From positions 3,488,115-3,551,808 of the forward strand of contig BFEA01000016.1 in assembly GCA_003427395.1 (NCBI GenBank): a DNA stretch of 63,694 bases, read 5' to 3'. The stretch comes from Chara braunii (taxonomy: Eukaryota > Plantae > Charophyceae). The position numbers and the translations under genes are program-made. The notes beneath the pieces are model-generated. The model was not told the DNA's origin. It ran no database searches and saw only the letters and a program-made list of their open reading frames with translations. Shown one piece after another: positions 35,844 through 48,938 of the stretch (the stretch's first letter is position 1; each line of letters opens with the position of its first letter).

Positions 35844-37294
35844 CTCTGCTCTGCTGGCGAGCCGCGCTCGCAAGATGCAGCCTACAATCAGCTGCTGTTC
35901 GACAACAGGTTAATCTGCGATGCTGCCGACGATCCCTTGCCTTGGCAGAGCCCATGAGGAGCGTACGGTTGGAAGTGGGCTGATCGAGGGATCTATAAGG
36001 TGGGGCATCTAGGGGATGAGGACCGTAAGGAACGGAAACGGGACAGTGACTTGATGCACTCCCTGCATGGCTGTATGAAGAGACAGCGGAGGGTGGAGGA
36101 ACTGAGGGAGGCCATCCCCCCTGGATGGATATGCATGCTGAGAAAGAACAACATTACTCCGGGATTCTGGTGAGAAATAAGGATGAAAAGAGGCCGCAGA
36201 GGGTATACAAGGTGGAGCAGATTCTGGAAGAAGGGAGGTTGCAGGTCACAAGCTGGGAGGTAAACACTGGAAGAAGGGATTTGGGGACCTGCTGCGGGAG
36301 GTTGATGCAGCAGAGGAGGCTCCTTGTAAAAGAATACGTAGGGACATGGTTGAAACGGTGGCGGTATGTGGAGGGGAGAGTCAATACCGGCAGTTTCGAA
36401 TAGAGTCTAGAAGAATGAATTTGGATTGGGACCCGAGGGAATGGGAATAGCCAGAACAAGGAATGCAGGGGAAAGATGTGCCGCTCCAGGAGCTTACCAC
36501 AAAAAACATATATAACTCCCTGCTGGAGCAAGTGGATATCTGTGGAGAATTGAAAGATAGATGGGCTAAGAGGGACTGGCTTCCGGATGTATAGGTGGAC
36601 CCACTGAAGGTGGAATGTGCAATGCCCCATCCTTGCAACGCTGCTGGACCAGAAACAAGCAAGGCTGCTGTGGCAAACACTTGGCGATTCCCACAGCACA
36701 ATGGTTGGCGGCTAAGAATCAACACAAAGACCAGGGATACGTGGCGGGGTGTGGGAAGGTGGAAACTGTGCCCCATGTGTTTGTGCGTTGCCTGATTGTC
36801 AGAGCATTTGGGGAATGGTGGCACAAGAGCTAGCAGATAAGACCCCGCTGAAAGTCACCGAAACAGATGATGCGGCTATCCTCTCGGGGGCCTTGATGAA
36901 AGTGGATAGGGCACAACCAGAGGATTTGATGGCGGCAGAGACCCTGCACGCGGCAGTACTATGGGTGCTGTGGACTTGGAGAAATGAGCAATGTAGACAG
37001 GGAACTTCCCCTCTGCTACGGGCCTATAAGGAGAGGGTGCTGGAGAACATTAGAATAACTCTCCTGGCGGTTCTGCACCGGTGCAGCCACACAGGGTGAA
37101 GAAGGAGGCAGGCTTTTAGGCAAGATGGGGTCTGTATCCTGAGCTGCTTACCCGGGCCCCCTGCACGGGCCGCATGCAATTTGGCCCGATCCTACTGTGC
37201 CATGAGCCTGGGACTGCTTCAGCAGAGGACTCCCATTCATGAATTGGAAGACCGAGTTTGGCGGTCGTGCAGAGCAATCATATCATGTTATAGT

Positions 37295-37705
37295 TAAGAA
37301 GAGCTAGGAAGCGAGGAAGGAAGGGGTAGAAGTAGTATAGCTCGATAGTTGTATTATAATAAGGTAGGGTAGGGGATAGCATGCGGTAGATAGGGGTGGG
37401 TAGGAGGGGTTACAGGGGGAAAGAGGAGATAATTGGGGAACCAAATCATAAAATGACTAAAAAGTATGTAAGAAGAGCTAGGAAGTGAGGAAGGAAGGGG
37501 TAGAAGCAACCATACCGTATTATAGTTCAGAAGAGCTAGGAAGCGAGGAAGGAAGGGGTAGAAGTAGTATAGCTAGATAGTTGTGTTGTAATAAGGTAGG
37601 GTAGGGGATAGCATGCGGTAGACAGAAGTAGGTAGGAGGGGTTACAGGGGGGAAGAGGAGATAATTGGGGAACCAAATCATAAAATGACTGAAAAAGTAT
37701 GTAAA
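37295..37705. repeat. ~235-bp tandem duplication downstream of the LINE
   Basis: AGAAGAGCTAGGAAGYGAGGAAGGAAGGGGTAGAAG occurs three times; two long units are similar. Confidence 0.8.
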
Positions 37706-38742
37706 TACGAAGGCCTCGGGCAAGGTGAGCGTTAGTTATGGAGTACTTAATATTAGTAGTACATTACAGGGTGGCAACAAGGGCTCAACGAGGTTATGGG
37801 GTTCAGAGTAGAACAGAGCGAGATCATGAGGGGTAGAATTCACAACGTGAAGAAGGATGTGAGGAGGAATGAAATTAGTTTGGGGACTAGTTACAGTGAG
37901 TAGGAAAACGATGTTATGGGTGTAACTGGCAGAATTGGATAAGAAGGTTGTATGACAATTCAGGGGTGAAAATAGTCTGAACTGGGATAGGTGGGACAGG
38001 CGAGGTTATGGGCATAGTTGAATGGTGATACGGGATGGATGAGGTACTGTATGAGGTAGTAACAGGATAAAGACAGCTGTTATGCGGCCTGAGGAACTGT
38101 TAAGGACCCCCCCCCCCGTCCCCCTGCGTCCTGCCCTCCTGGAGATTACCCTGCTGTGTGACTGGGTGCTGCTAGCAAGCCTTCCGACCAGCAGGGCAAC
38201 ACCCTAAGGAAGGCCATGGACTGGGCAAGGGAAGCCCTGTAACAGTCCCCCCTTGCTAGGCGGCTGCTGCCACAAGGGATGGCCTGACCCTCTTGTCTTT
38301 TCCTCCCCTTATCTCTTGGATGGAAAAACATGCTTGCCGGTAATAAGCAACCGGACTGTTGCCCCCCCCTGAATAGAAGGGGCATGGTTAAAAAAAAAAA
38401 AAAAGAATGGGGGAGAAACGTGGCATGACTCGACAAGAAAGGTATGGTGGCTCGGGTTCAATAAGAAAGATATCGTGGTCAACATGAATGTCGGAAAGAA
38501 TGACCATGAGTTTTGCTATCGGCTGGGTGCTGTCTTGCAGAGACTGTTGCGTATCTCACTCTGCGAATATCTGAATCATGGAGAACAGGATAGGACCTGG
38601 ATCGCAGGAATGGGTGCTGCAAGTCAGCATACGTGTTTGGAAAGAACAGCCATCAACTGGGTGGAGTTCGTGTAGTGATTTCCGCATTCGATGTTGTGTG
38701 GCTTACACTGCAACTTTCTGAATGTGCCTTGTGTCAAAACAG

Positions 38743-38927
38743 AATCGTGTACAACATGATGGGACTGGATACAGGAGATGGAAAGCTTGGGGTTTTCCTC
38801 GCCACCCTTATGCTATTGGGCATAGTGACCGGTGCTCTCTGTTCCCTTCTCAGTTTACTGGTCTCTACAGTCAGTGTGGCAAATGTGATATCTGTGGTTA
38901 TCACACTGATGTTCTTCCTGTTTGGAG
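38743..38927 (+). CDS. ABCG transporter exon (TMD)
   Basis: AAACAG| acceptor and G|GTACGT donor; IVYNMMGL...ANVISVVITLMFFLFG; phase-compatible. Confidence 0.92.
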
Positions 38928-40465
38928 GTACGTCGTCATCTCCCTACCTCAATTCGTTATGCTTTTCTCAGTGTTGCGAGCGTGCATTCTTTGTCTGGTG
39001 CCCAAGATGCCTTGCACGGCAGATGGATAAGATCACAAAGCATATGGGATCGTACATGGCTTCTTTTGCCAAATGCTACTTTTCCTGTGGTATGGGTAAT
39101 ATACCCTCGTGTTTCACTTGATGCACACACCCAGATTCGTGACCTCTTGCCAGTTTGAACTGACTGTCAATGGGAAACAAGCTTCACTCAGACAAATTGA
39201 GTCAGGCTGTACTGTGGTTCTTCTCATCAATGAATGGCAAACATTAAAGTCACAGAATGTTTATGAGAGTCAGCTTCATGTGGGATGTGCGCTACCTTCT
39301 TATAGGTCCAAACTTCCACCTAATCCTTGGCCACCAAAATGTGCAGGAAGGTGTGATATGTTTACCAGGAAAACTGTGACAATCTGTGCTGTCTATCTTG
39401 CCAGCTATGGAATCCATAATTGCCTGTCACCCAATGCAATGGTGATGCCTCCCATGGACGGGTCCCAACGGAACTGTGAGATCATGGCTGATCTTTTCAG
39501 ACATGTTGACACTCCCCACTTAACCAGACAAGCATGGGGCCTTTGCAGTTTATCTCCTACCAGGCTACCATTGTAAAGCTTACCAGCCGCAGACGACCTC
39601 TGACCCCTGTCATGTGGGTTCTCCTGCAGTTGTGGCCCTACGATCTGCATCTCGGCGGCCTTGGGTTTGGAACTTTCAACNNNNNNNNNNNNNNNNNNNN
39701 NNNNNNNNNNNNNNNNNNNNNNNNNNNNNNNNNNNNNNNNNNNNNNNNNNNNNNNNNNNNNNNNNNNNNNNNNNNNNNNNNNNNNNNNNNNNNNNNNNNN
39801 NNNNNNNNNNNNNNNNNNNNNNNNNNNNNNNNNNNNNNNNNNNNNNNNNNNNNNNNNNNNNNNNNNNNNNNNNNNNNNNNNNNNNNNNNNNNNNNNNNNN
39901 NNNNNNNNNNNNNNNNNNNNNNNNNNNNNNNNNNNNNNNNNNNNNNNNNNNNNNNNNNNNNNNNNNNNNNNNNNNNNNNNNNNNNNNNNNNNNNNNNNNN
40001 NNNNNNNNNNNNNNNNNNNNNNNNNNNNNNNNNNNNNNNNNNNNNNNNNNNNNNNNNNNNNNNNNNNNNNNNNNNNNNNNNNNNNNNNNNNNNNNNNNNN
40101 NNNNNNNNNNNNNNNNNNNNNNNNNNNNNNNNNNNNNNNNNNNNNNNNNNNNNNNNNNNNNNNNNNNNNNNNNNNNNNNNNNNNNNNNNNNNNNNNNNNN
40201 NNNNNNNNNNNNNNNNNNNNNNNNNNNNNNNNNNNNNNNNNNNNNNNNNNNNNNNNNNNNNNNNNNNNNNNNNNNNNNNNNNNNNNNNNNNNNNNNNNNN
40301 NNNNNNNNNNNNNNNNNNNNNNNNNNNNNNNNNNNNNNNNNNNNNNNNNNNNNNNNNNNNNNNNNNNNNNNNNNNNNNNNNNNNNNNNNNNNNNNNNNNN
40401 NNNNNNNNNNNNNNNNNNNNNNNNNNNNNNNNNNNNNNNNNNNNNNNNNNNNNNNNNNNNNNNNN

Positions 40466-40556
<91 letters not shown>

Positions 40557-40640
40557 GCTATTTTGTGCGAGCATGACAGGATCCACAGAGAGAGAGAGTG
40601 GACGTGCAAGCGAAGAAAGAGGAAGAAAGCAAAGATGTCA

Positions 40641-40699
<59 letters not shown>

Positions 40700-40745
40700 C
40701 TCTCTCTCGTGCTGTTTTGTGCGAGCATGACAGGATCCACACACA

Positions 40746-40783
<38 letters not shown>

Positions 40784-40924
40784 TGAAATGTGCGTGAAGT
40801 GATGATTTTTTTTAATAAAAATGCAAGTACAAGTTTGCAGGTGATAAAGTGTTCCCAAAACTACAAGACTGCTCTAATTGGTTTGCGAAACCCTTCTCTT
40901 CTCAACAATTGTGGGTGTTTGCAG

Positions 40925-41098
40925 GGTTGCTACTGAATACAAGTGGAACTAATGCGTCAAAGGGAACAAAACGCCTTTCATGGCTGCCCAAGATTTCATA
41001 TTTCAGTTACTCCTGGGAGATCATGATGCTCAACGAGCTTAAAGGCTTGAAAATCAACTTCACTGCACCAGATCTTGTGGAGAATCTGGAATTGGAGA
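40925..41098 (+). CDS. ABCG transporter exon (extracellular loop)
   Basis: TTGCAG| acceptor and A|GTAAGT donor; GLLLN...WLPKISYFSYSWEIMMLNELKGL. Confidence 0.92.
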
Positions 41099-41924
41099 GT
41101 AAGTATTGGCCTGCTTTTCTGCCGATTTTCAGTTGTTAATCATTATAATGTTGATGCCATAGAGCCGCGTGATGCCCCAGGATTGGCTATGTACTTTGAG
41201 CCTTCTGCATCAGTTGTTAATCATTATAATGTTGATGCCATACAGGATTGGCTATGTACTTTGAGCCTTCTGCACTGGTGTTTGTGAAATTTGTAAATTT
41301 ATGGAGTACGTTTTTCACTGCAGTGCTTAATTTTCAGGACATTCTACATGCTGCTGCTGCACTGCTATCGGCCTGAGTACTGGTGGACTTCAAATTATAG
41401 ATACAATTTCTTTCTCCTAACATAGGCACAAAGTTTACGAGCTATGAGCACACCCATGTGCGCCGACCCTGTTACTTCTAGTTTTTGATTGCAGGATGGT
41501 GGGATTCTTGGTCCGTAGCGTGTCAGAAGCCGTCCAAGCTTTCCTTCTTTCATGGATAGGTCTGTGTGCCCATCACGGAGATCTTTTTTTTTTTTCAATG
41601 CTTCAATCTATTCGTGGTGAGCAGGACATGCTGGGAACCGATCCCCATCGCGAAGGTCTTGAGCGCATTGATTTTGTGCCAGAAGGCCCAGAACGCAGTG
41701 AGAATGTGAGACGTCAGATGAGCTTTGTCGGGGTGTCAAGGCCAAAACAGGGAAAAGAAAACATTCACAGACAGTGTTGAAAGAGGTTTGAACCCAGGTA
41801 CTGGAAAGGATGAAAAGTCCGTCGGTAGGAGATCGCCTTGAAACCTACCCTCGCACCGACACCCATGCCCATGCAGGCACGCACACCCACACATGCAGGC
41901 ATGCGCACACGCTGTTGAGGTTGG

Positions 41925-42910
41925 TGCAAGGAAAATGAGCAAGAGCGAGATGACAGAATCAGATTGCACAATCACATTGAAAGCCAGAAAGTTCCACAGT
42001 GTCCAGAAAGTACATCGCACCAATAATACACCAATGGAGAATCGTAACACTGAAACCAAATGTCAAAGAGAGCTTACTCGCGTCTTCACCGACATAAGAG
42101 TCCAGACCCTTCCCCCTACTTGGCGCTCGGCGCCCAGACTACTCCCACACAGCTACTGTCTGCCTAAGTATTGACAATGCAACTGTCGACGTCAGCAGCC
42201 ACCGAAGTACATGAAGATGTCACCCAATGCAGACCATCGCCAATACCAGGTATGAGCCCTCACATCATCATCCTCATCTCTATCTCTCTCTCCCTCTTCT
42301 GTCTTTCTTGTCTGCCCTCTGTACACCCGAAGACCACCACTGCGCCTTGCTGTATGTCCAAGTCCAGCCAGCTATGGAAGCTGGGCTATGGCGCTGCCCT
42401 CAGCAGCGCCCTTCTTCACACACAACCGCGCATGCACAGCACCTTGCCCCAGCGCTAGCAGCAGCACGCGAGCAATCGCTCCAGCAGCGCTGTTGCAAAC
42501 TAACAAGTGCCCGAATGAGCTGCCCGGTAGCGAACTATTTTCTATGTGGAAAGAGTCTGGCCTGGCCTGCAGCCTGGCTTGTCTGGGCGCAGAAGCTTCC
42601 GTTAGGCCCCAGGTAGCTGGGCCTCTGCTGCTGCTGCTGGGCCTGTTCAGTTATGCCTCCCAACTGTGTGTATGTAGCTGCGAATGTGGCCCAGGGCCTG
42701 TATTTCAGAAAAGGCCTAGAAGGCCGTGGAAAGTATTTGCTGCTCGGGTCCTGGGTTCCCTCAACCAACTGACGCGACACAACTGTCTGAACCCCAAATA
42801 TGAAATTGACAGCATTCGGCCTCTCGTGATTTGTTAGGCCCGCCTTCACTTAGGGCGGGCACACTTGCATAAGGGGCCCCTTAGGCCTGCCGGGAGCCAC
42901 ATCCGCGCAT
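41925..42910 (+). mobile_element. ~1-kb dispersed element, copy 3
   Basis: Closest to copy 1; hairpin at 42836-42862. Confidence 0.75.
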
Positions 42911-43940
42911 TGGGGTATGAATTTGAGCACAGATCTGGAGGCATCAACGGACTAAAGGCTGATGGTTGTAGCTCGGTGCCCGCTTGCCCAGGGCATGTGA
43001 AACTCTGGGATTTTTATTTTCTTTCCGTGGGTGGGGCTTTTCTGTGCCCACCAGAGCATCCCAAATCTAAGCTGTTTTTTGTTTTTCAATGTTGTCCGTT
43101 TAAGGGGGGGGGCGGGTATCTAAATGGGCTTAAAGTGGCTTAAAGGGATTTCCAGGGGGTTGCCTTTGCTTTTTCCTTTTTTCCCGTTCAATGTTGCCCA
43201 TTCAATGTTGCCCGTTTAAGGGGGGGGTTAAAGTGGCTTAAAGGGATTTCCAGGGGGTTGCCTTTTGTTTCTCTTTTTGAAGTTTTTTCCTCTTTTCTAT
43301 CTTCGATTCAGCAAAGAATCCTGAGGTGACCCTCGGACCATGTGGGGGGGTTAAAGTGGCTTGAAGGGATTTCCTGGGGGTTGCCTTTTTTTCATTTTTT
43401 CTCTTTTCTATCTTCGATTCAGTAAAGAATCCTGAGGTGACCCTCAGACCATAGTTCTCTGCATCGACCAACGGGCCTAGCTCAGTCGGTACACCATTGA
43501 ATTATTGGAATACAGATTCATGTTCGAATACAGATGCAATCAGATGAATATAATTAAATAATTCTGCAGTAGCTGGGGCCGGTCAGTTCAATGATGATAT
43601 CTCAAGACCTTCTCCCTTCCAGTAGGAAAAAAAGAAAAAAAAAAGGTGTTTGCATGGCACCTGTATACAACAAACTTTTTTCCCTGATTTTTTACATTCC
43701 TCTCTTCTTTAGATATGGACTGGGGCTGTCCATTACCCCGCCCAAAGGTCCTTCCTGGCCAGGGAGCATCTATCTGGGCACAGGATCCGTGCATGGAAAA
43801 AAACAGTGGACGTAAAAAGTGGTTGCCCACTGTGGCAGGACAGAGCAGAGGTGGGAGAATTGGATAAGGGTTCATTTTTGTTTTTTTTGTTTGGAAAGTT
43901 TCAGCAATTCATGCGCATCATCAAAATGCAGGTGCTGCTG

Positions 43941-44004
<64 letters not shown>

Positions 44005-44324
44005 NNNNNNNNNNNNNNNNNNNNNNNNNNNNNNNNNNNNNNNNNNNNNNNNNNNNNNNNNNNNNNNNNNNNNNNNNNNNNNNNNNNNNNNNNNNNNNNN
44101 NNNNNNNNNNNNNNNNNNNNNNNNNNNNNNNNNNNNNNNNNNNNNNNNNNNNNNNNNNNNNNNNNNNNNNNNNNNNNNNNNNNNNNNNNNNNNNNNNNNN
44201 NNNNNNNNNNNNNNNNNNNNNNNNNNNNNNNNNNNNNNNNNNNNNNNNNNNNNNNNNNNNNNNNNNNNNNNNNNNNNNNNNNNNNNNNNNNNNNNNNNNN
44301 NNNNNNNNNNNNNNNNNNNNNNNN

Positions 44325-44355
<31 letters not shown>

Positions 44356-44882
44356 GTTTACATGTTGTAGACAGCACATCTCTCTCTCTCTCTCTCTCTT
44401 AATGATGGTTTTTACCCTCACTTCCTGCGCCCTTCTGCAGTGATGTTTCTTTACTTCTCCGCGCTTACTTCCCTGCTATGCTGGAATCCAGGATGTCAAG
44501 TAAATTCTGTGAACCTTATGAGGCTGTCCTCAGACATGACTTTCACTGTTGTTATTCGTCTTTCATTTTTTCGTCCACGACCATCCCGCTCCCCTCTCTC
44601 CCAGCCATTTCATCATCCACCAACGCTTTCTTGATGCAGGTGGAGTTGCACTGGCCCTTCCGGTTGAGTAGCAGGATTTTGCAGCAAATAACTCTTAATT
44701 CGTTGTGTTTGATGCAGACAATGAGAAATCGTTGTCATGATCGCTATATACAACTCCACAAAAAAGCATGAGTGTAGTCGGTTTCGTTGGTTGTGTGTGT
44801 GTGAGAGAGAGGCATCTTTGTCAGGATCTTTGAGCGAACTGGAACATTGTGGCAATACAATTTGGTCGACTCAACTTTGTGG

Positions 44883-44950
<68 letters not shown>

Positions 44951-44985
44951 TATGGTTGTGCGCTTGTCCAATGATTCTCTTGCAG

Positions 44986-45239
44986 GCGAAGTCATTTTGA
45001 AAATGCTTGGAGTTAGTACTGATTTGAGCACGATTCGCTGGAATTTTGGTGCTCTTGTTATCATGTGCATTGTATATTATGGGCTAGCGTACGTGGTGCT
45101 GTTTATACGTGTTGCCTTTGCAACACGGTTCGGTTGCAAGCGGGTAAGGAAGCAAGGGAGGGAATCTCCCCCATCCAGGGAGTCGGAAGAGCAGGCAGAT
45201 GATGAGCGGTCGAGAGCCAGATTAACACCGACTGCCTAG
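44986..45239 (+). CDS. ABCG transporter last exon (final TM helix, stop)
   Basis: TTGCAG| acceptor; SEVILKMLGV...WNFGALVIMCIVYYGLAYVVLFI...PTA followed by TAG. Confidence 0.9.
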
Positions 45240-48200
45240 AAGTCTGTTGCTCCTTGCCTTTTTTCAGGGGTCTTTCTTGACGCGTGTGTCCTTCCAAATC
45301 TACACAAGGCCTACCCATGCTGGGTTGGCACTGACATGTGTGTGCTGCGTTGCTGTCCTTCCAATCTTAAAAGTTGGCCATTGGTTTTGTGTTATGAGCA
45401 ATGCTGGACAGCAGTGTCGTGAAGCCACCGCGTGTCGTTATTGCTGCGAATTCATTTGTTGTTTGCCTTATTTGAACTGATTGCTCCGCAAGGCCAGGAA
45501 CTTGTCACTGTCTAAAATATCGGTTGTTGTGCTGAGAGTGCTTGTATTCAAGCCATCAGTGCTATTGCATCAATCCTCTACAAGCCTACGAGGGGGGTTT
45601 GTCCATCTTGGCTTTCATCTAGATGTCTATCGTAGATTCTCCTTTATCGATTTATTCATTCATTGTCATGTACATTCATTATGTCAGTGCATCTGGTCTG
45701 CTTATTGTAAGATGGGATCTGCATGTCTATCCGTGTTCGTTGTTTTGTTTTATCCATTCATTCATTACCTCATTGGGACGCTGCAATATGTTGAGTGTTC
45801 ATGTTGACAGGATAGACATGTTGACATTTTGAGAACTAGACGAACGTTCTGATGCTGGGCAAGCAGCGAGGCTAGGGTCTGGTAACCTTGCTGAGAAAAT
45901 AATATTGGTGAATGGATGTGGCTGCTTTCATGGGCAAGCGTTGATTCGTGGCTGCAAAGGTTCTGTAATAAGGTGATGTAGCCGAAGAAGTTTTTGCGCC
46001 CTTGTTGAAGCTTGTGTTGATGGATGTGATCATCGTTGACATGTCGAAGGTTCAAATTGTGCTTTGTCGCTCTATCTCTTGCATGCCAAAGGGACTCTGC
46101 CCAGCTCTCAACATGGTGGCGGGGAGGATATGATCAATTGGTTTTACTGGTGGATCAGCTCTATGATGAACCAAAGAGGAAGAGAGTTGCAAAAGAAGCG
46201 GAGGCGAGATCACCAAGGAGTGTGGTCTGAGCAAGGGGGGATCCTCTCGCTGAGGGCAAATATTGATCTCAAGGATATTGAGGGGAGATGGAGGTGGATG
46301 ACGGTCGATGATGGCAATGTGTCTTTGCATAGCTTGCTGTTGTGAGTGCAAATAACCCTCTTTGGATGCAGATGCACATGGTCGAACTTGTGTTGAAGAG
46401 GGGTGATACAGAAGATTGCTCAGGTGGACTGCAGTCTGAGTTTCACAGACTTGGGTCCTCACGGTGGGTACAGCAGCAGGAGGAAGGTGAACAGGGGGGG
46501 GGAGAGGGGGGGGAGGGGGATAGATGGGGTGTGCTTGACTTGCTATTGAAATGTGCACTACCCTGTTGGAATGGAGATGCATATGGACAGAAAGTACATT
46601 CACGGTTCCTTGTGCAGAAGAACGGGTTTACTCTCTCCAAGAGCTCTTGTGCTGTGAAAGGAATGAGCTCACAGGGCTCATTTCTTAGTGCTGTGGTGTG
46701 TTTTTTTCTGCAATATGCTAGCCAGGTCTGGGTTCCAAATTTTCACAGGTGACTCTATGATGTCGTGATGCAGTCTCACACACGCCAATCTTGTGACGGA
46801 TGAGATCGATGAGGTGTCCAATTTTCTCATTGTATCGGTGGATGTATGTCCTTGTCATGTTGTCATTACAGATCAGAGGGTCTTACTGAATGTCGAGGAG
46901 TGGCTTCGGCAGTCTTAGGGTCTCTAAGCCCGTCTCTTATTGATCTCCTCTGGGTAATATTATATACACTGCCAGACTGGTTTCTCTGAAGAGGAATTAA
47001 GAACACTGGAAGAGCCGAGGAGAGGGGAGGGGCAGCAGGCACCTGCTTGCCCTGCCCGACTGGTTTCTCTAAGGAATCAACAACTCTGGAAGACGTAAGG
47101 AGAGGGGAGGGGAGGGGCAGCGAGGGGAATGTAGGCACCTGGTTGCCCTGTGCGCTATCGATTTGTGCTACCTCATAGTGTGTGCCACTTGTTGGTGAGG
47201 TATGCCTGTGGTCTTGCTACACAGGGCAGGGAGGGGAGGGGAGGCGCCTGCTTGCAATTATGCTTCATCAATTTGCGCTACCTTACCATCATCTGTCCCA
47301 TTCGTCGCTGAGGTCTGGCTGTGGTCTTGCTACGCTAGGAAAGTCAGGTTCTCTAGACAGAGATGTGTAACGAGCTGCTGCATGAGCAAGGTTGATTACC
47401 CGTAGACGAAGGCACATTCTGTGACTTGAACGAGACTTTGGAGATCATCATTTGACAGGGCAGTTCTTGCAGCATCAGCTCTGGGGTTGCGGCCACATGC
47501 TGGGCCATGATGCTGGCACAGCTGGCAGCTAATCTAAGCCAAAGGAATTTGTGAACGTTACGTTCAGGCAAAGGGGGAGGAAGATGCTGTGCAGAAGAAC
47601 GTTGGTGTGTGGAAAGTGCTGCCGGCAAGTCCTCTGAATGTTGAAATGGTTTGACTGCATTGGACACGCTGGGAGCAAGCTAAACGCTAGCGACCAAAGG
47701 ATTAGTGCAGTATCGGTGTTTATTGCGTGGATGATACAGGAGAAAGGCGAGTTGATTAGGTGGATCAGACGAGGTAATTGTGTAGTATGCATCAGTGGTT
47801 ATTGCTCGTGGGAATTCTTCAGGTCGGGGGACTGTAAGGTGTGCATTTTTGCAAGCGCACTGCATCTCTGCCAGGGCTCGAGGAAGGTTATGGTTACGGG
47901 GACTTGGAGCTAGGTTACGAGGCTCGGTTCTTAGTGCTGCAGATGTGGAGGCTGTTCATTTCAGTGCTGGATAAATGGAGATGACACGGGCACATGGGTC
48001 TGCGGGCTGTGGTGTCACATCGGGAAGAATACGTGTTAGCTTGTCTCAGAGGGTCAACCATGCAGAAGTTTTCTCGGCTTCCCGGATGGGTTTCACCTTC
48101 ACGTGTTGGAACGAAGGTTTCTTGCCCTGGAAGACGAGGGGCACAACCGTTCTATCAGGTCTTCATGCATAGAAAGAGCCTGCCCGGCCAACCCGTGTCG

Positions 48201-48409
48201 TGCTTGTCCTGAGAAAAAAACTGTTGTACGGTGCTTGACAACCAGTGGGTAACATTTCATTGGCTTCGTCAACATGATGCAGCTGGTAGGCAGAGGCTGT
48301 AGCATAAGGGAAGGTGCAAGCATAAGCTCTACTCTGCCCAATACAGTACGTTTCATTTGCGCTCAGCCTTTTTCTTCACTTGGACTGGCTCTCAATCTTT
48401 CAGTTACAA

Positions 48410-48441
<32 letters not shown>

Positions 48442-48454
48442 TGAGAGAGAGAGA

Positions 48455-48542
48455 GAGAGATCCCTTTGCAGCCATGATTGGTGTGCTGCTGTGAAGTGTA
48501 CCATCAGAAGGTCTTGCTGTCTGTGCTGGGCAGGCGGAGAAT

Positions 48543-48598
<56 letters not shown>

Positions 48599-48658
48599 CC
48601 CCTTAGCAGCCATGATTGGTGTGCTGCTGTGACGTGTACCGGGCAGGCGGAGAATGTA

Positions 48659-48725
<67 letters not shown>

Positions 48726-48781
48726 NNNNNNNNNNNNNNNNNNNNNNNNNNNNNNNNNNNNNNNNNNNNNNNNNNNNNNNN

Positions 48782-48851
<70 letters not shown>

Positions 48852-48938
48852 CCCTTTGCAACCGTGATTGGTGTGCTGCTGTGACATGTAGCATCAGAAC
48901 GCGGTGCTGTCTGTGCTGGGCAGGCGGAGAATGTAACA
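48455..48938. repeat. Three ~60-90-bp units separated by microsatellites
   Basis: GATTGGTGTGCTGCTGTGA...GGGCAGGCGGAGAATGTAAC x3. Confidence 0.75.

Larger units (their letters stand above)
34500..37260 (+). pseudogene. Decayed L1-type LINE ORF2 3' half, interrupted by a NUMT
   Basis: Fragments LQTFCKYSGAGVKWCKSKAILL, RLLGASI, ARLKTWSRR..GKAIIVKNSVLATLWY and LWVLWTWRNE; frameshifts; internal ~165-bp duplication at 34952-35278. Confidence 0.7.

Noticed and set aside
39405-40858. Long ORFs spanning N runs (also 8007-8679, 29658-30351, 43806-44421, 59179-59845)
   Set aside because: Artefacts of gaps and (GA)n/(CT)n microsatellites.
43472-43492. tRNA or SINE head (GGGCCTAGCTCAGTCGGTA)
   Set aside because: Only an A-box-like 5' fragment; no anticodon arm or correctly spaced B box.
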